Under the pieces are notes generated by a model that was not told the DNA's origin, did no database searches, and was given only the letters and a program-made list of their open reading frames with translations. From positions 1 to 54,641 of the forward strand of contig JBBIJY010000020.1 in the NCBI GenBank assembly GCA_037445735.1: DNA of 54,641 nucleotides, written 5' to 3'. How positions within the stretch are numbered: the stretch's first letter is position 1; every line of letters begins with the position of its first letter. Source of the DNA: Armatimonadota bacterium (lineage in GTDB: Bacteria > Armatimonadota > Fimbriimonadia > Fimbriimonadales > GBS-DC). Below are positions 1-7,315 of the stretch, in pieces. The position numbers were made by a program, and so were the translations under genes.

Positions 1-925
1 TCCTCAATTCCGCTGGAGTGGTGCTTGTCCACACATACTCATTCTCCCCAATCGCGGGCACACCCAGCGGGTCAGGCTGAACCTGAATAACCAAACCACC
101 ATACGCCTCAGCAGAGGCGCGCACCGCCAGCGCGCCACACTCCACCCAAGAACCCCTTAACGATATGTTACCTGTCATTTCTTCCATATAACTAACTCGC
201 TCGCTCCGACCAAAACTCACCCACTTCGCACTGTAATCCCGCCTGCTACTGCAATCCGCTGGGTCACACCTGGGATCACTGTCCTCATCTGGTCCAGTAC
301 AGTCCATGCATTCAGTATTGCAGCTACATGAGGCGCTCGCACTCGACGAAACAGAAGCTGAAACCAGCGAGGTTTGAACCGATGCGGAAGCCTCTGCCGA
401 CGCCGAACTCGAATTACAACAACCATCTTCTTGGTAGCTGTTGGGTCCGCATTCCGCGTAAGTAAGTGCAGATGATTCTGCCCGCACTTTCTGCACAAAA
501 TATAAAAAACCCAGATCTCGCTTCGGGGTATAGGTATAGCCCTCTATCTGTAAGTTCGGATAAGGCGAAGTGAACGAAAAGGTCAGCAACGCTTTCAAAG
601 AAGCCCCCACGCTAAAGCTTTGACCACTGCAGAAGAGTGGAAATCCCCCTAAAGTAAGATAACTGGCGTCGAGGATAACGGTTCGGCTTCCTTGGCTTCC
701 GCAAAGAAAATCCCAAAATGGGCTGCAATACTGATTCCCATAGGGACATTGAGTCAGGCTCGAGTCCCCACACCCAAGGGCACAGTCTCCCGTTATCTGT
801 AAAGTGGCTTTTGTCTGGCAGCGAACTTCTTGCAGGCGCTGTGCCCAGCCACTAACCTCACCCGCCAAGCAAACCCCAGCAATGCTAGCCACTGTAACCG
901 CCTTCCACAGCCACCAGCAAACCAT
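1..925 (-). CDS. Cys-rich secreted hypothetical protein, 3' end beyond window (absent from the ORF track)
   Basis: Manual translation gives an open frame from ATG 925 (GGAGAGG upstream) to the window edge: MVCWWLWKAVTVASIAGVCLAGEVSGWAQRLQEVRCQTKATLQITGDCALGCGDSSLTQCPYGNQYCSPFWDFLCG...GCCNSSSASAEASASV...SCSCNTECMDC...NEYVWTSTTPAELR. It has a signal-peptide-like N-terminus and many Cys. Confidence 0.8.
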   Translation of the reverse strand, partial: MVCWWLWKAVTVASIAGVCLAGEVSGWAQRLQEVRCQTKATLQITGDCALGCGDSSLTQCPYGNQYCSPFWDFLCGSQGSRTVILDASYLTLGGFPLFCSGQSFSVGASLKALLTFSFTSPYPNLQIEGYTYTPKRDLGFLYFVQKVRAESSALTYAECGPNSYQEDGCCNSSSASAEASASVQTSLVSASVSSSASASCSCNTECMDCTGPDEDSDPRCDPADCSSRRDYSAKWVSFGRSERVSYMEEMTGNISLRGSWVECGALAVRASAEAYGGLVIQVQPDPLGVPAIGENEYVWTSTTPAELR

Positions 926-1020
926 GGCAGGATATCCTCTCCATGAGTGGAAGTTACCAATAGCTGTTTTTTTTCACCCGTCCGTTCAATCCTCATTGCC
1001 TTCATTGCTCCTCCTCAGTT

Positions 1021-1162
1021 TCCGATTGGTCTGGAATGCCCGCTTCAGGACATTCACCTGCCACTGTGCGGTTTACCGCTTGGGATTAGACGAGGCGGAC
1101 GGCTCTTTAGAACGCTGATTCGAAGGCAGACTGGATGGTTGCAGCAATTTCTCAAACTCCTC
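1021..1162. repeat. 142-bp direct repeat 'tail', copy 1 (partner-gene 3' end, intergenic DNA and 33-bp core)
   Basis: Matches 2712-2853 except for a few substitutions in the 33-bp core. Encodes the 29-aa tail EEFEKLLQPSSLPSNQRSKEPSASSNPKR. Confidence 0.97.
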
Positions 1163-2212
1163 ACCCCATTTGGTTGACTGAACCCTGTCTTCATCCCATC
1201 TGCCTGTCCAGACCTGAGAACCACAACGACGATAGTCAATCACGCGCGTATCTTTCGGAATCTCTAACTTGAGAGGTAAATCCGTAGGCTGCGCACTCAG
1301 CAGTATCGCTTTTGATTGAATCTCCTTATCACCTTTAACTATCCACTCCACTTCCGCAGGAAACCATACACTCCCTATTCGCCTGTACTTTAGCACGCGC
1401 CAGGTATAAATGGCACCATCGTCATATCGAACTTCAAGTCGCGATAAGGCATCCTGATAACGCCGATCGAGGTGGAACCGAATATAGGGAGCCAGAAATG
1501 ACGCTTTATTTCCTGACTCGCGTGGCAATTCAAAAACCCACTCCTCTGGGCTGACCGCAACGAGCCGCCAGTCTTCTGGTTTGCGCCCATATAACCGAAA
1601 CGGCGATACACCCGCATAAACAACTAACAGCTCTGGTGTAAGTGCCCCAAAAGGACTCCCTAATCCCAGCACATCAGTATCAGCCTGCGCTATGGAAACA
1701 CCATTGATCTGCCCATTCGAGGTATCTCGATAAATCTCAATCACCAGGTCATTCTGTAAATACGACTCATTTGCTGGCAGATCGACAACCTTTGCGTCAT
1801 CTAAGTCGATACCTTGCTCCTGAATATAAACATAGATTCCATGAGGAGCGCGCTTAATCGTGTAGTACTCGCAAAGATCAAAAACCATTTTGGATATACT
1901 CTCATCAACAAGAGCTTTGCTCAACACATCTTCAATTGGAATCATTTCTTCGGGTGAATCACTTTTTTGCGATGTATCATCTGCTTGCTCTGCCAGATCG
2001 AGGACATAGCGCGTTATAAAATTATTGAGTTTTCTTATATCTTCTACAGAATACCTGACCTGGCTATTTAATACCCACTTAAAAGTCATAACAGCAGCAA
2101 CACGCTCGCGAGCGTCGTAATAGGAAGGTTGTGGAGCGGTGCGTTCAAAGGACACACCACTCCACAATACCACACTAATCGATAGGTTTAGTGACAGCAA
2201 ACCGATGAGCAT
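1073..2212 (-). CDS. Exported partner protein B2 (paralog of 2764-3840), function unknown
   Basis: ORF 1073..2245; likely start is ATG 2212 after GGAGG. Hydrophobic N-terminus. Shares PSYYDxRERVAAV, GVSPFRLYG, YQDALSRLEV, TWRVLKY and WFPxEVE with B1. Confidence 0.85.
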   Translation of the reverse strand: MLIGLLSLNLSISVVLWSGVSFERTAPQPSYYDARERVAAVMTFKWVLNSQVRYSVEDIRKLNNFITRYVLDLAEQADDTSQKSDSPEEMIPIEDVLSKALVDESISKMVFDLCEYYTIKRAPHGIYVYIQEQGIDLDDAKVVDLPANESYLQNDLVIEIYRDTSNGQINGVSIAQADTDVLGLGSPFGALTPELLVVYAGVSPFRLYGRKPEDWRLVAVSPEEWVFELPRESGNKASFLAPYIRFHLDRRYQDALSRLEVRYDDGAIYTWRVLKYRRIGSVWFPAEVEWIVKGDKEIQSKAILLSAQPTDLPLKLEIPKDTRVIDYRRCGSQVWTGRWDEDRVQSTKWGEEFEKLLQPSSLPSNQRSKEPSASSNPKR

Positions 2213-2238
2213 GATAGACCTCCACGCGAGATTTGGCT

Positions 2239-2697
2239 CTAACAAGTGTATGCTGGAAGGCTCTTAAATTCTGGCCGATTTGGTCGTTGGAACTGACCAC
2301 AATCACAGCGCCCATCATTGTGAAACACGCAGGGAGCCTTCTTGTCTACTCTGACCTTGACGAAATTTAGCGTGGCTTCGCATCGCGAGTTCGGCTGCGG
2401 CTGGCAAGTGCGGAGCCTCTCCTCCACAATTTCGCCTATATAGCACTCTCCGCCGCAGTCGCCTCCAACATTAGCACAGAATCTAGCTGAATAATGTCGC
2501 TTCTGGTGATCATCTGGTGGGATCTCTGTGCATATATGGTCATTGTACACCTTCCTCTCCGGTATTGCAGGTGAAGGTATCATCAGTGCTGCTGGATCAA
2601 AGTCATTCTCTTGACCCATCACCTGGCTCGGTACAATCGTCAACAGCGCGATCACGGATGCGCTCACTGCGCTCATCCACAGCATCTGCCGTCTCAT
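2239..2697 (-). CDS. Secreted 10-Cys mini-protein A2
   Basis: ATG 2697 after GGAGGAGG. Leader MRRQMLWMSAVSASVIALLTIVPSQVMG/QEN. Ten Cys in the mature part, with Cys as the last residue. Confidence 0.88.
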   Translation of the reverse strand: MRRQMLWMSAVSASVIALLTIVPSQVMGQENDFDPAALMIPSPAIPERKVYNDHICTEIPPDDHQKRHYSARFCANVGGDCGGECYIGEIVEERLRTCQPQPNSRCEATLNFVKVRVDKKAPCVFHNDGRCDCGQFQRPNRPEFKSLPAYTC

Positions 2698-2744
2698 CGT
2701 TCCGTTCCTCCTCCGATTGGTCTGAGATGTCCGCTTCAGGACAT
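2605..2744. repeat. 140-bp direct repeat 'leader', copy 1 (core, RBS and 31 N-terminal codons)
   Basis: Identical to 4191-4330 by base-by-base reading. Confidence 0.97.
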
Positions 2745-2853
2745 TCACCTGCCACTGTGCGGTTTACCGCTTGGGATTAGACGAGGCGGACGGCTCTTTA
2801 GAACGCTGATTCGAAGGCAGACTGGATGGTTGCAGCAATTTCTCAAACTCCTC
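2712..2853. repeat. 142-bp direct repeat 'tail', copy 2
   Basis: Matches 1021-1162; overlaps the leader repeat by 33 bp (2712-2744). Confidence 0.97.
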
Positions 2854-3840
2854 GCTCCATTCGGTCTGCTTGTATCCTTTAGACGCTCCGTCCCAAACCT
2901 GCCGCCCAAGATGACGCCAGTCGCGCACATGCGTCTTTTCAGGAATCTGGAGCTCAACCGATTTCGTTCGCTCCGATCGCACCAGTACTGCGCGTGCCCA
3001 CCCCGCATAACCACGGCCGCCCTGCACTGTGAACTCCACTTCGGATGGAAACCAGATGCCTTCAATCCGCTTGTATTTCAGCACTCGCCAGGTCCAAACT
3101 TCCCCATCTGGATAGTGAACCTCCAACCGTGAGAGGGCATCCTGATAGTGGCGATTAAGGTGGAGGCGCGTTTTAGGAGCGTTCTCCTGGGATTGGTGCG
3201 AAAGTTCAAAGAGCCACTCTTCAGGGCTGACCGAAATAAGACGCCAATTCTCCGGTTTGAACCCGTACAATCGGAAGGGCGAAACACCACCGTAAACGAC
3301 CAACCATTCTGGTGGTAAACTGCCAAAAGGGCTCCCCATACCCAGCACATCATCCTCACCCTTGGCGATGTCAACGCTGGCAATCCGTCCACTTGAGTAA
3401 TCACGGTGAACCGCAATGACCGTACCACCGACGAAGTAGGTTTCTGTGGAAAGGAGAAAGTCAGTTGCTTTTGCCTGTTCCAGATGGACTCCCTGCCCTT
3501 GAGTGCGAAGACATGTTCGCTGCGGTGTGCGCTCAATGGTGTAGTACGCGGACAGTTCGAAGACTGCGTTAGCAACCTCTTCAGCAATCGGCTTTCCCGC
3601 TTCAGGAGGAGCATCAGACGATTGAGCGCGCTGGAGTTTCATCTCGTTAAGCGCTCGAACAAGCTGGGGGGGAACCTTGACCTGCTGGGTCTCCTGCCAC
3701 TCGAAGGTCAGCACGGCAGCGACACGCTCGCGAGTGTCGTAATAGGAGGGCTTTGCGGGAGGTTGCGCGATAATCAAGCGCCCACACAGCGCTCCGATAG
3801 CCACCAGCCACAGGCTTAGTTTCCAGCGTCTTTTGATCAT
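2764..3840 (-). CDS. Exported partner protein B1, function unknown
   Basis: ORF 2764..3861; likely start is ATG 3840 after GGAGAG. Signal peptide MIKRRWKLSLWLVAIGALCGRLIIA/Q. Clear paralog of B2. Confidence 0.87.
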   Translation of the reverse strand: MIKRRWKLSLWLVAIGALCGRLIIAQPPAKPSYYDTRERVAAVLTFEWQETQQVKVPPQLVRALNEMKLQRAQSSDAPPEAGKPIAEEVANAVFELSAYYTIERTPQRTCLRTQGQGVHLEQAKATDFLLSTETYFVGGTVIAVHRDYSSGRIASVDIAKGEDDVLGMGSPFGSLPPEWLVVYGGVSPFRLYGFKPENWRLISVSPEEWLFELSHQSQENAPKTRLHLNRHYQDALSRLEVHYPDGEVWTWRVLKYKRIEGIWFPSEVEFTVQGGRGYAGWARAVLVRSERTKSVELQIPEKTHVRDWRHLGRQVWDGASKGYKQTEWSEEFEKLLQPSSLPSNQRSKEPSASSNPKR

Positions 3841-3854
3841 CTCAAACTCTCCAT

Positions 3855-4283
3855 CTAACATTGTCTTATGTCAATTGTGGTGATGAAGATGGGAAAGGGT
3901 ATAGGTCTTCGCCGACCGCAGTCACAACCTGTACCCGACGGATCACGCACACAGTCAGCTTCCCATATTATCCACACCAAAGCAGTTCCCCAAGTGTATG
4001 TGCAAGATGTGCCGGGGTTAGGATAGCACTCACGATAATCCTGAAGAACAATACCACGCATGCAGTGCCCAGTACAGCCAACAGGCGTTGAACGACACAC
4101 CTCATCCTGAAACGGTGAACCCGCTGGTACTGTTTTACATATGTGGTCAGGCAAGGTTATCGGTCTTGCTGGGCTTGGGCGACCTTGAATATTCTCTTGA
4201 CCCATCACCTGGCTCGGTACAATCGTCAACAGCGCGATCACGGATGCGCTCACTGCGCTCATCCACAGCATCTGCCGTCTCAT
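3855..4283 (-). CDS. Secreted 10-Cys mini-protein A1
   Basis: ATG 4283 after GGAGGAGG. Same 31-aa leader as A2, ten Cys with near-identical spacing, and a terminal Cys. Confidence 0.88.
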   Translation of the reverse strand: MRRQMLWMSAVSASVIALLTIVPSQVMGQENIQGRPSPARPITLPDHICKTVPAGSPFQDEVCRSTPVGCTGHCMRGIVLQDYRECYPNPGTSCTYTWGTALVWIIWEADCVRDPSGTGCDCGRRRPIPFPIFITTIDIRQC

Positions 4284-4330
4284 CGTTCCGTTCCTCCTCC
4301 GATTGGTCTGAGATGTCCGCTTCAGGACAT
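4191..4330. repeat. 140-bp direct repeat 'leader', copy 2
   Basis: Identical to 2605-2744. Confidence 0.97.
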
Positions 4331-4339
4331 CCACTATTA

Positions 4340-4877
4340 TTAACGACGCAGGACGCCCTTTTGTTGCCAGCGATTCCGAAAAAACGCCCGCCCTAACGCC
4401 CCAATCCGACCCAGACAACCCTGCACTGTACCCACCGACACGCCGAGCCGCTTCGCTATCTCCCCATAACTGTAGCCCGCTTCGTACAGCTCCGCCACCT
4501 GCCGCAAATACGCTGGCAGCCCTGCAAGAAACTCGTCTAATGCGATACGCTCCACCAGCGCCTCTTCATCGTTCACCACAGCCAACCATTCACCCCCCCG
4601 TTGCATCATCTAATATCAGTATCTCATGTCGCTTACATGCTCGTTTGCGCAGATCGATCGCCAGCGAACGCAACTTGTGGCAGCACCAGCCGAGCGCCTG
4701 CCGATATTCGGCTTCATCCAGCTCGCGCTCCCACGGCAAACAGCCGAACCGCTGCCAGTACGCCAGCAAAGTGTCCTGCACCAGGTCGTCCGCCTCATCG
4801 GGGCAGGGGGTATAGCCGTGCGCTCTTTGCACAAGCCACCTGCGCCACTCTTCTTCCGTTCGCATCGGAGACGACAT
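4340..4877 (-). pseudogene. ECF-type sigma-70 factor split by a frameshift at a G7 tract (possibly phase-variable)
   Basis: Region-2 half 4877..4590 (EADDLVQDTLL; RBS GGAGGG) stops right after ACG GGG GGG TGA. The region-4 HTH half (LPAYLRQVAELYEAGYSYGEIAKRLGVSVGTVQ) continues in the next frame to 4340. G6 or G9 would give a protein of about 178 aa. Confidence 0.85.
4342..4368 (-). promoter_or_regulatory. Candidate ECF-sigma promoter for the cassette operon
   Basis: Minus strand GGCAAC-N17-CGTT(AATA), matching the AAC(-35)/CGT(-10) ECF pattern, just upstream of the first cassette core. Confidence 0.5.
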
Positions 4878-4932
4878 CGTTGCCCTCCGGTGGGGAGGAT
4901 ACGACGGATGGAATGAAATTCCTGCTGGTTTC

Positions 4933-6192
4933 CTATCGCGCGGTGCCTGCTGGCGCGGCGGAGGGCACAAATGGCTCTATCAGGTGCAGAGCCAGCTCCT
5001 TCATAAAGAAGTGGCAGTCGGTCACGATGGGGAAGGTCTGGTGCGTGCCGCGATCGGTGAGTTTGATCACGGTGTCAGCGTCATTATCCACGCAGAACAC
5101 GCGCACGCGGGCAGGCAACATGTTGCCCGTTGCGACCGAGTGGAGCGTGGTGGCGACCATAATCGCGACGCCCACGCCCGGAATATGCGCCCGCATGGCG
5201 TCCTGCGCCTCCAGCACATCGGTAATCACTTCGGGCAGGGGTCCGTCGTCGCGGATGCTGCCCGCCAGCACGAAGGGCACATTGTGCCGAACGCATTCGT
5301 ACATCACGCCTTTAGTGAGGATGCCCTGCTCGACGGCGGCGCGGATGCCGCCCGCCAGCCGAATGCGGTTGATGGCGCGGATGTGGTGCTGGTGCCCGTG
5401 TTTGACGGGCGCGCCCAGCTCCAGCGCGACGCCGAGCGAGGTGCCGTATAATGCGGCTTCGATATCGTGGGCTGCCAGCGCGTTGCCCGCGAACAGCACA
5501 TCGATCCAGCCGTTGCGGATGAGCTGTTCCAGATAGATGCCGGCGCCCGTGTGGATGATGGCGGGACCGCCCACGAACAGCACCTTTTCGCCGCGCGCTT
5601 TGGCTTTGCGCACCTCGTCGGCGACGCCGCGCACGGCACGCTCCTTCGGCTTCTCGGAGGAGACATCGCTGCCCATGAAGGCGAAGATGGAGGTGGGGTC
5701 GCGTCGTTCGGGCGGCGTGACGCGGATGCCCTCGTGCCCCACCACGATCAGGTCGCCCCTGCGCACGCGCGCCATCGGCACGGTCGCCGCCCGCCAGTGT
5801 GAACCCTCCTGCCACACCCGAATGCCGCAATCCATCTCGATGTTCTCCACCGGTATCCAGCGGTGATGCACCCGCACGAAGGTCTCCAGATTGGTGGTGG
5901 AGTAGAAGTCTTCGGGGAAGACGCCATCTTTGGGCGCGGGTTCGAGGCGGGCATCCTCATGAGAGAAGTTCGCGCCGTGCTGCTGCACCTCGGTCAGCAC
6001 CGCCTCCAGCTGCTCTTCGGTGTCCGCCTGAACCAGAATCTCGAACTGGCTGGTCTCGTCGCGCGTGTGCCCGATTCGAGCGTGCTGAATCTCGTACCGC
6101 ACGCCCGCGTAGGACGAGAGAATGTCCAGCACCTTGGACAGCGTGAGCGAATCGATGACATGACCTTCCAGATGCACGATTTCCGATGGCAT
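4933..6192 (-). CDS. TIGR00300-family LOR/SDH-like protein (ornithine cyclodeaminase-type, like the ArgZ/AgrE C-terminus)
   Basis: Motifs LEGHVIDS, FYSTTN, VSSEKPK, GPAIIHTG, GNALAAHDIE, LAGSIRDDGPLP, LHSVATGNMLP and KLTDRG. Confidence 0.85.
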   Translation of the reverse strand: MPSEIVHLEGHVIDSLTLSKVLDILSSYAGVRYEIQHARIGHTRDETSQFEILVQADTEEQLEAVLTEVQQHGANFSHEDARLEPAPKDGVFPEDFYSTTNLETFVRVHHRWIPVENIEMDCGIRVWQEGSHWRAATVPMARVRRGDLIVVGHEGIRVTPPERRDPTSIFAFMGSDVSSEKPKERAVRGVADEVRKAKARGEKVLFVGGPAIIHTGAGIYLEQLIRNGWIDVLFAGNALAAHDIEAALYGTSLGVALELGAPVKHGHQHHIRAINRIRLAGGIRAAVEQGILTKGVMYECVRHNVPFVLAGSIRDDGPLPEVITDVLEAQDAMRAHIPGVGVAIMVATTLHSVATGNMLPARVRVFCVDNDADTVIKLTDRGTHQTFPIVTDCHFFMKELALHLIEPFVPSAAPAGTAR

Positions 6193-6239
6193 CGTCTCCT
6201 CCCGCATGATTTTACCTGACGGCTGGGTATAATGGGTGC

Positions 6240-6400
6240 GACCAGTTGCTGCCCTGTGCCGCCTGGTCCAAAACCAACCACAAAGGGGGTGATAGGTGAT
6301 GAATAACCGTCACCGTACTGTGGAGGGGATGGCATTTTAGCCACCCGTAGACGGGTTGGCGATGCCGACTGACCCGTGGGGCGGAAGGTTAGCGACGCCC
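6240..6400 (+). ncRNA. ssrS: Probable 6S RNA
   Basis: GGGTATAAT at 6225-6233. Rod-like end-to-end pairing: GTTGCTG/TAGCGAC, CCGCCT/GGGCGG, GGTC/GACC, CCAACC/GGTTGG. A-rich unpaired segment and a CACCCG-TAGA-CGGGTT hairpin. No covariance search was run. Confidence 0.55.
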
Positions 6401-6493
6401 GCTACGGGGTTCGGCGATGAATGCATCCTCTCCGAGAGAACGCGCCGGGTGTGAACCCGGCGCACCCAAACTCTCACCTATGGGGGACAGAAT

Positions 6494-7315
6494 ATGGCAA
6501 GACAGTTGCTGAGTCAGGTGATGCACTGGTGGAACATCGCGAAGGAGCTGTCGCCGAAGCAGGTGGAGCGCGAGCTGTTGACGCCGTTCCGTATCGCGCT
6601 GGTGGGGCAGCCGGATCGGGTGGAAGCGGTATGGCGCGTGCTGACCAGCGGCGCCAGCCCGCAAACGCTACAGATCGCATCGGAGTATGTTCAGCGGCTC
6701 AACGCGCCGCCCACCGAAGAGTTCGACTTCATCCTGGGCTGTGATGCGCTGGAGGTGCCGCAGGACGCGATCGAAGCCATCGTGGAGCATTTCCAGAGGA
6801 ACGAGTTCCCGCTGGTCGCGCTGGCGCGGGTGCTGCCCGGCACGCGCGAGATGGTGGTCAATCGCATCGTGGAGGAGGTCGCCTCGCTGAACGCGGGGCT
6901 GGCGATGTTGTCGGCGGTGCCGTCGGTGGTTCCGTTACTGGGTCTGCTCGCGCCGCCTGCCGCCGTCGCCGATATGGTGGTGCTGACCAAGAATCAGCTG
7001 CTGATGGTGTTGCGCGTGGCGGCGGCGTATGGTAAGGCGCCCGACTGGCGCAGGCGGTTGCCAGAGCTGGCGAGCGTGCTGGGCGCGGCGTTCGGCTGGC
7101 GAGCCGTCGCGCGGGAGCTGGTCGGCTTCGTGCCCGGCGGCGTCGGCATGGTCATCAAGGGCATGGTCGCCTATGCGGGCACGCTCACCGTCGGACGCGC
7201 CGCCGCATGGTACTACGCCACCGGGCGCGCGCCCGGCAGAGCCGAGCGCGAGCGGCTCTATCAGCAGGCGTGGGAGGAAGCCCGCGAGCGAAGCCAGGAC
7301 TGGAACCGACCGTGA
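6494..7315 (+). CDS. DUF697/YcjF-like protein
   Basis: ADMVVLTKNQLLMVLRVAAAYG...FGWRAVARELVGFVPGG...VAYAGT...GRAA pattern. Confidence 0.65.
   Translation: MARQLLSQVMHWWNIAKELSPKQVERELLTPFRIALVGQPDRVEAVWRVLTSGASPQTLQIASEYVQRLNAPPTEEFDFILGCDALEVPQDAIEAIVEHFQRNEFPLVALARVLPGTREMVVNRIVEEVASLNAGLAMLSAVPSVVPLLGLLAPPAAVADMVVLTKNQLLMVLRVAAAYGKAPDWRRRLPELASVLGAAFGWRAVARELVGFVPGGVGMVIKGMVAYAGTLTVGRAAAWYYATGRAPGRAERERLYQQAWEEARERSQDWNRP

Noticed and set aside
217-498. 93-aa and other short ORF-track calls in 217-1239
   Set aside because: They are alternative-frame or antisense shadows of the longer open frame 925..<1 and of B2.
2239-4283. Diversity-generating retroelement explanation for A1/A2 variability
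   Set aside because: No reverse transcriptase is in the window, the differences include indels and all base types, and the repeats cover the constant rather than the variable part.
2239-4283. RiPP precursor (lanthipeptide/ranthipeptide) reading of the conserved leader plus Cys-rich core
   Set aside because: The leader looks like a Sec signal peptide, the cores exceed 100 aa, and no modifying enzyme or peptidase-transporter is adjacent.
1021-4330. Integron cassette array or CRISPR-like array
   Set aside because: No integrase is present, I could not identify attC R-box/L-box structure, and the repeats extend into coding sequence and are 1.6-1.7 kb apart.
4890-4935. Autoregulatory ECF promoter upstream of the sigma gene
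   Set aside because: GGAAAC and CGTC/CGTA are present, but the spacing does not fit 16-17 bp.
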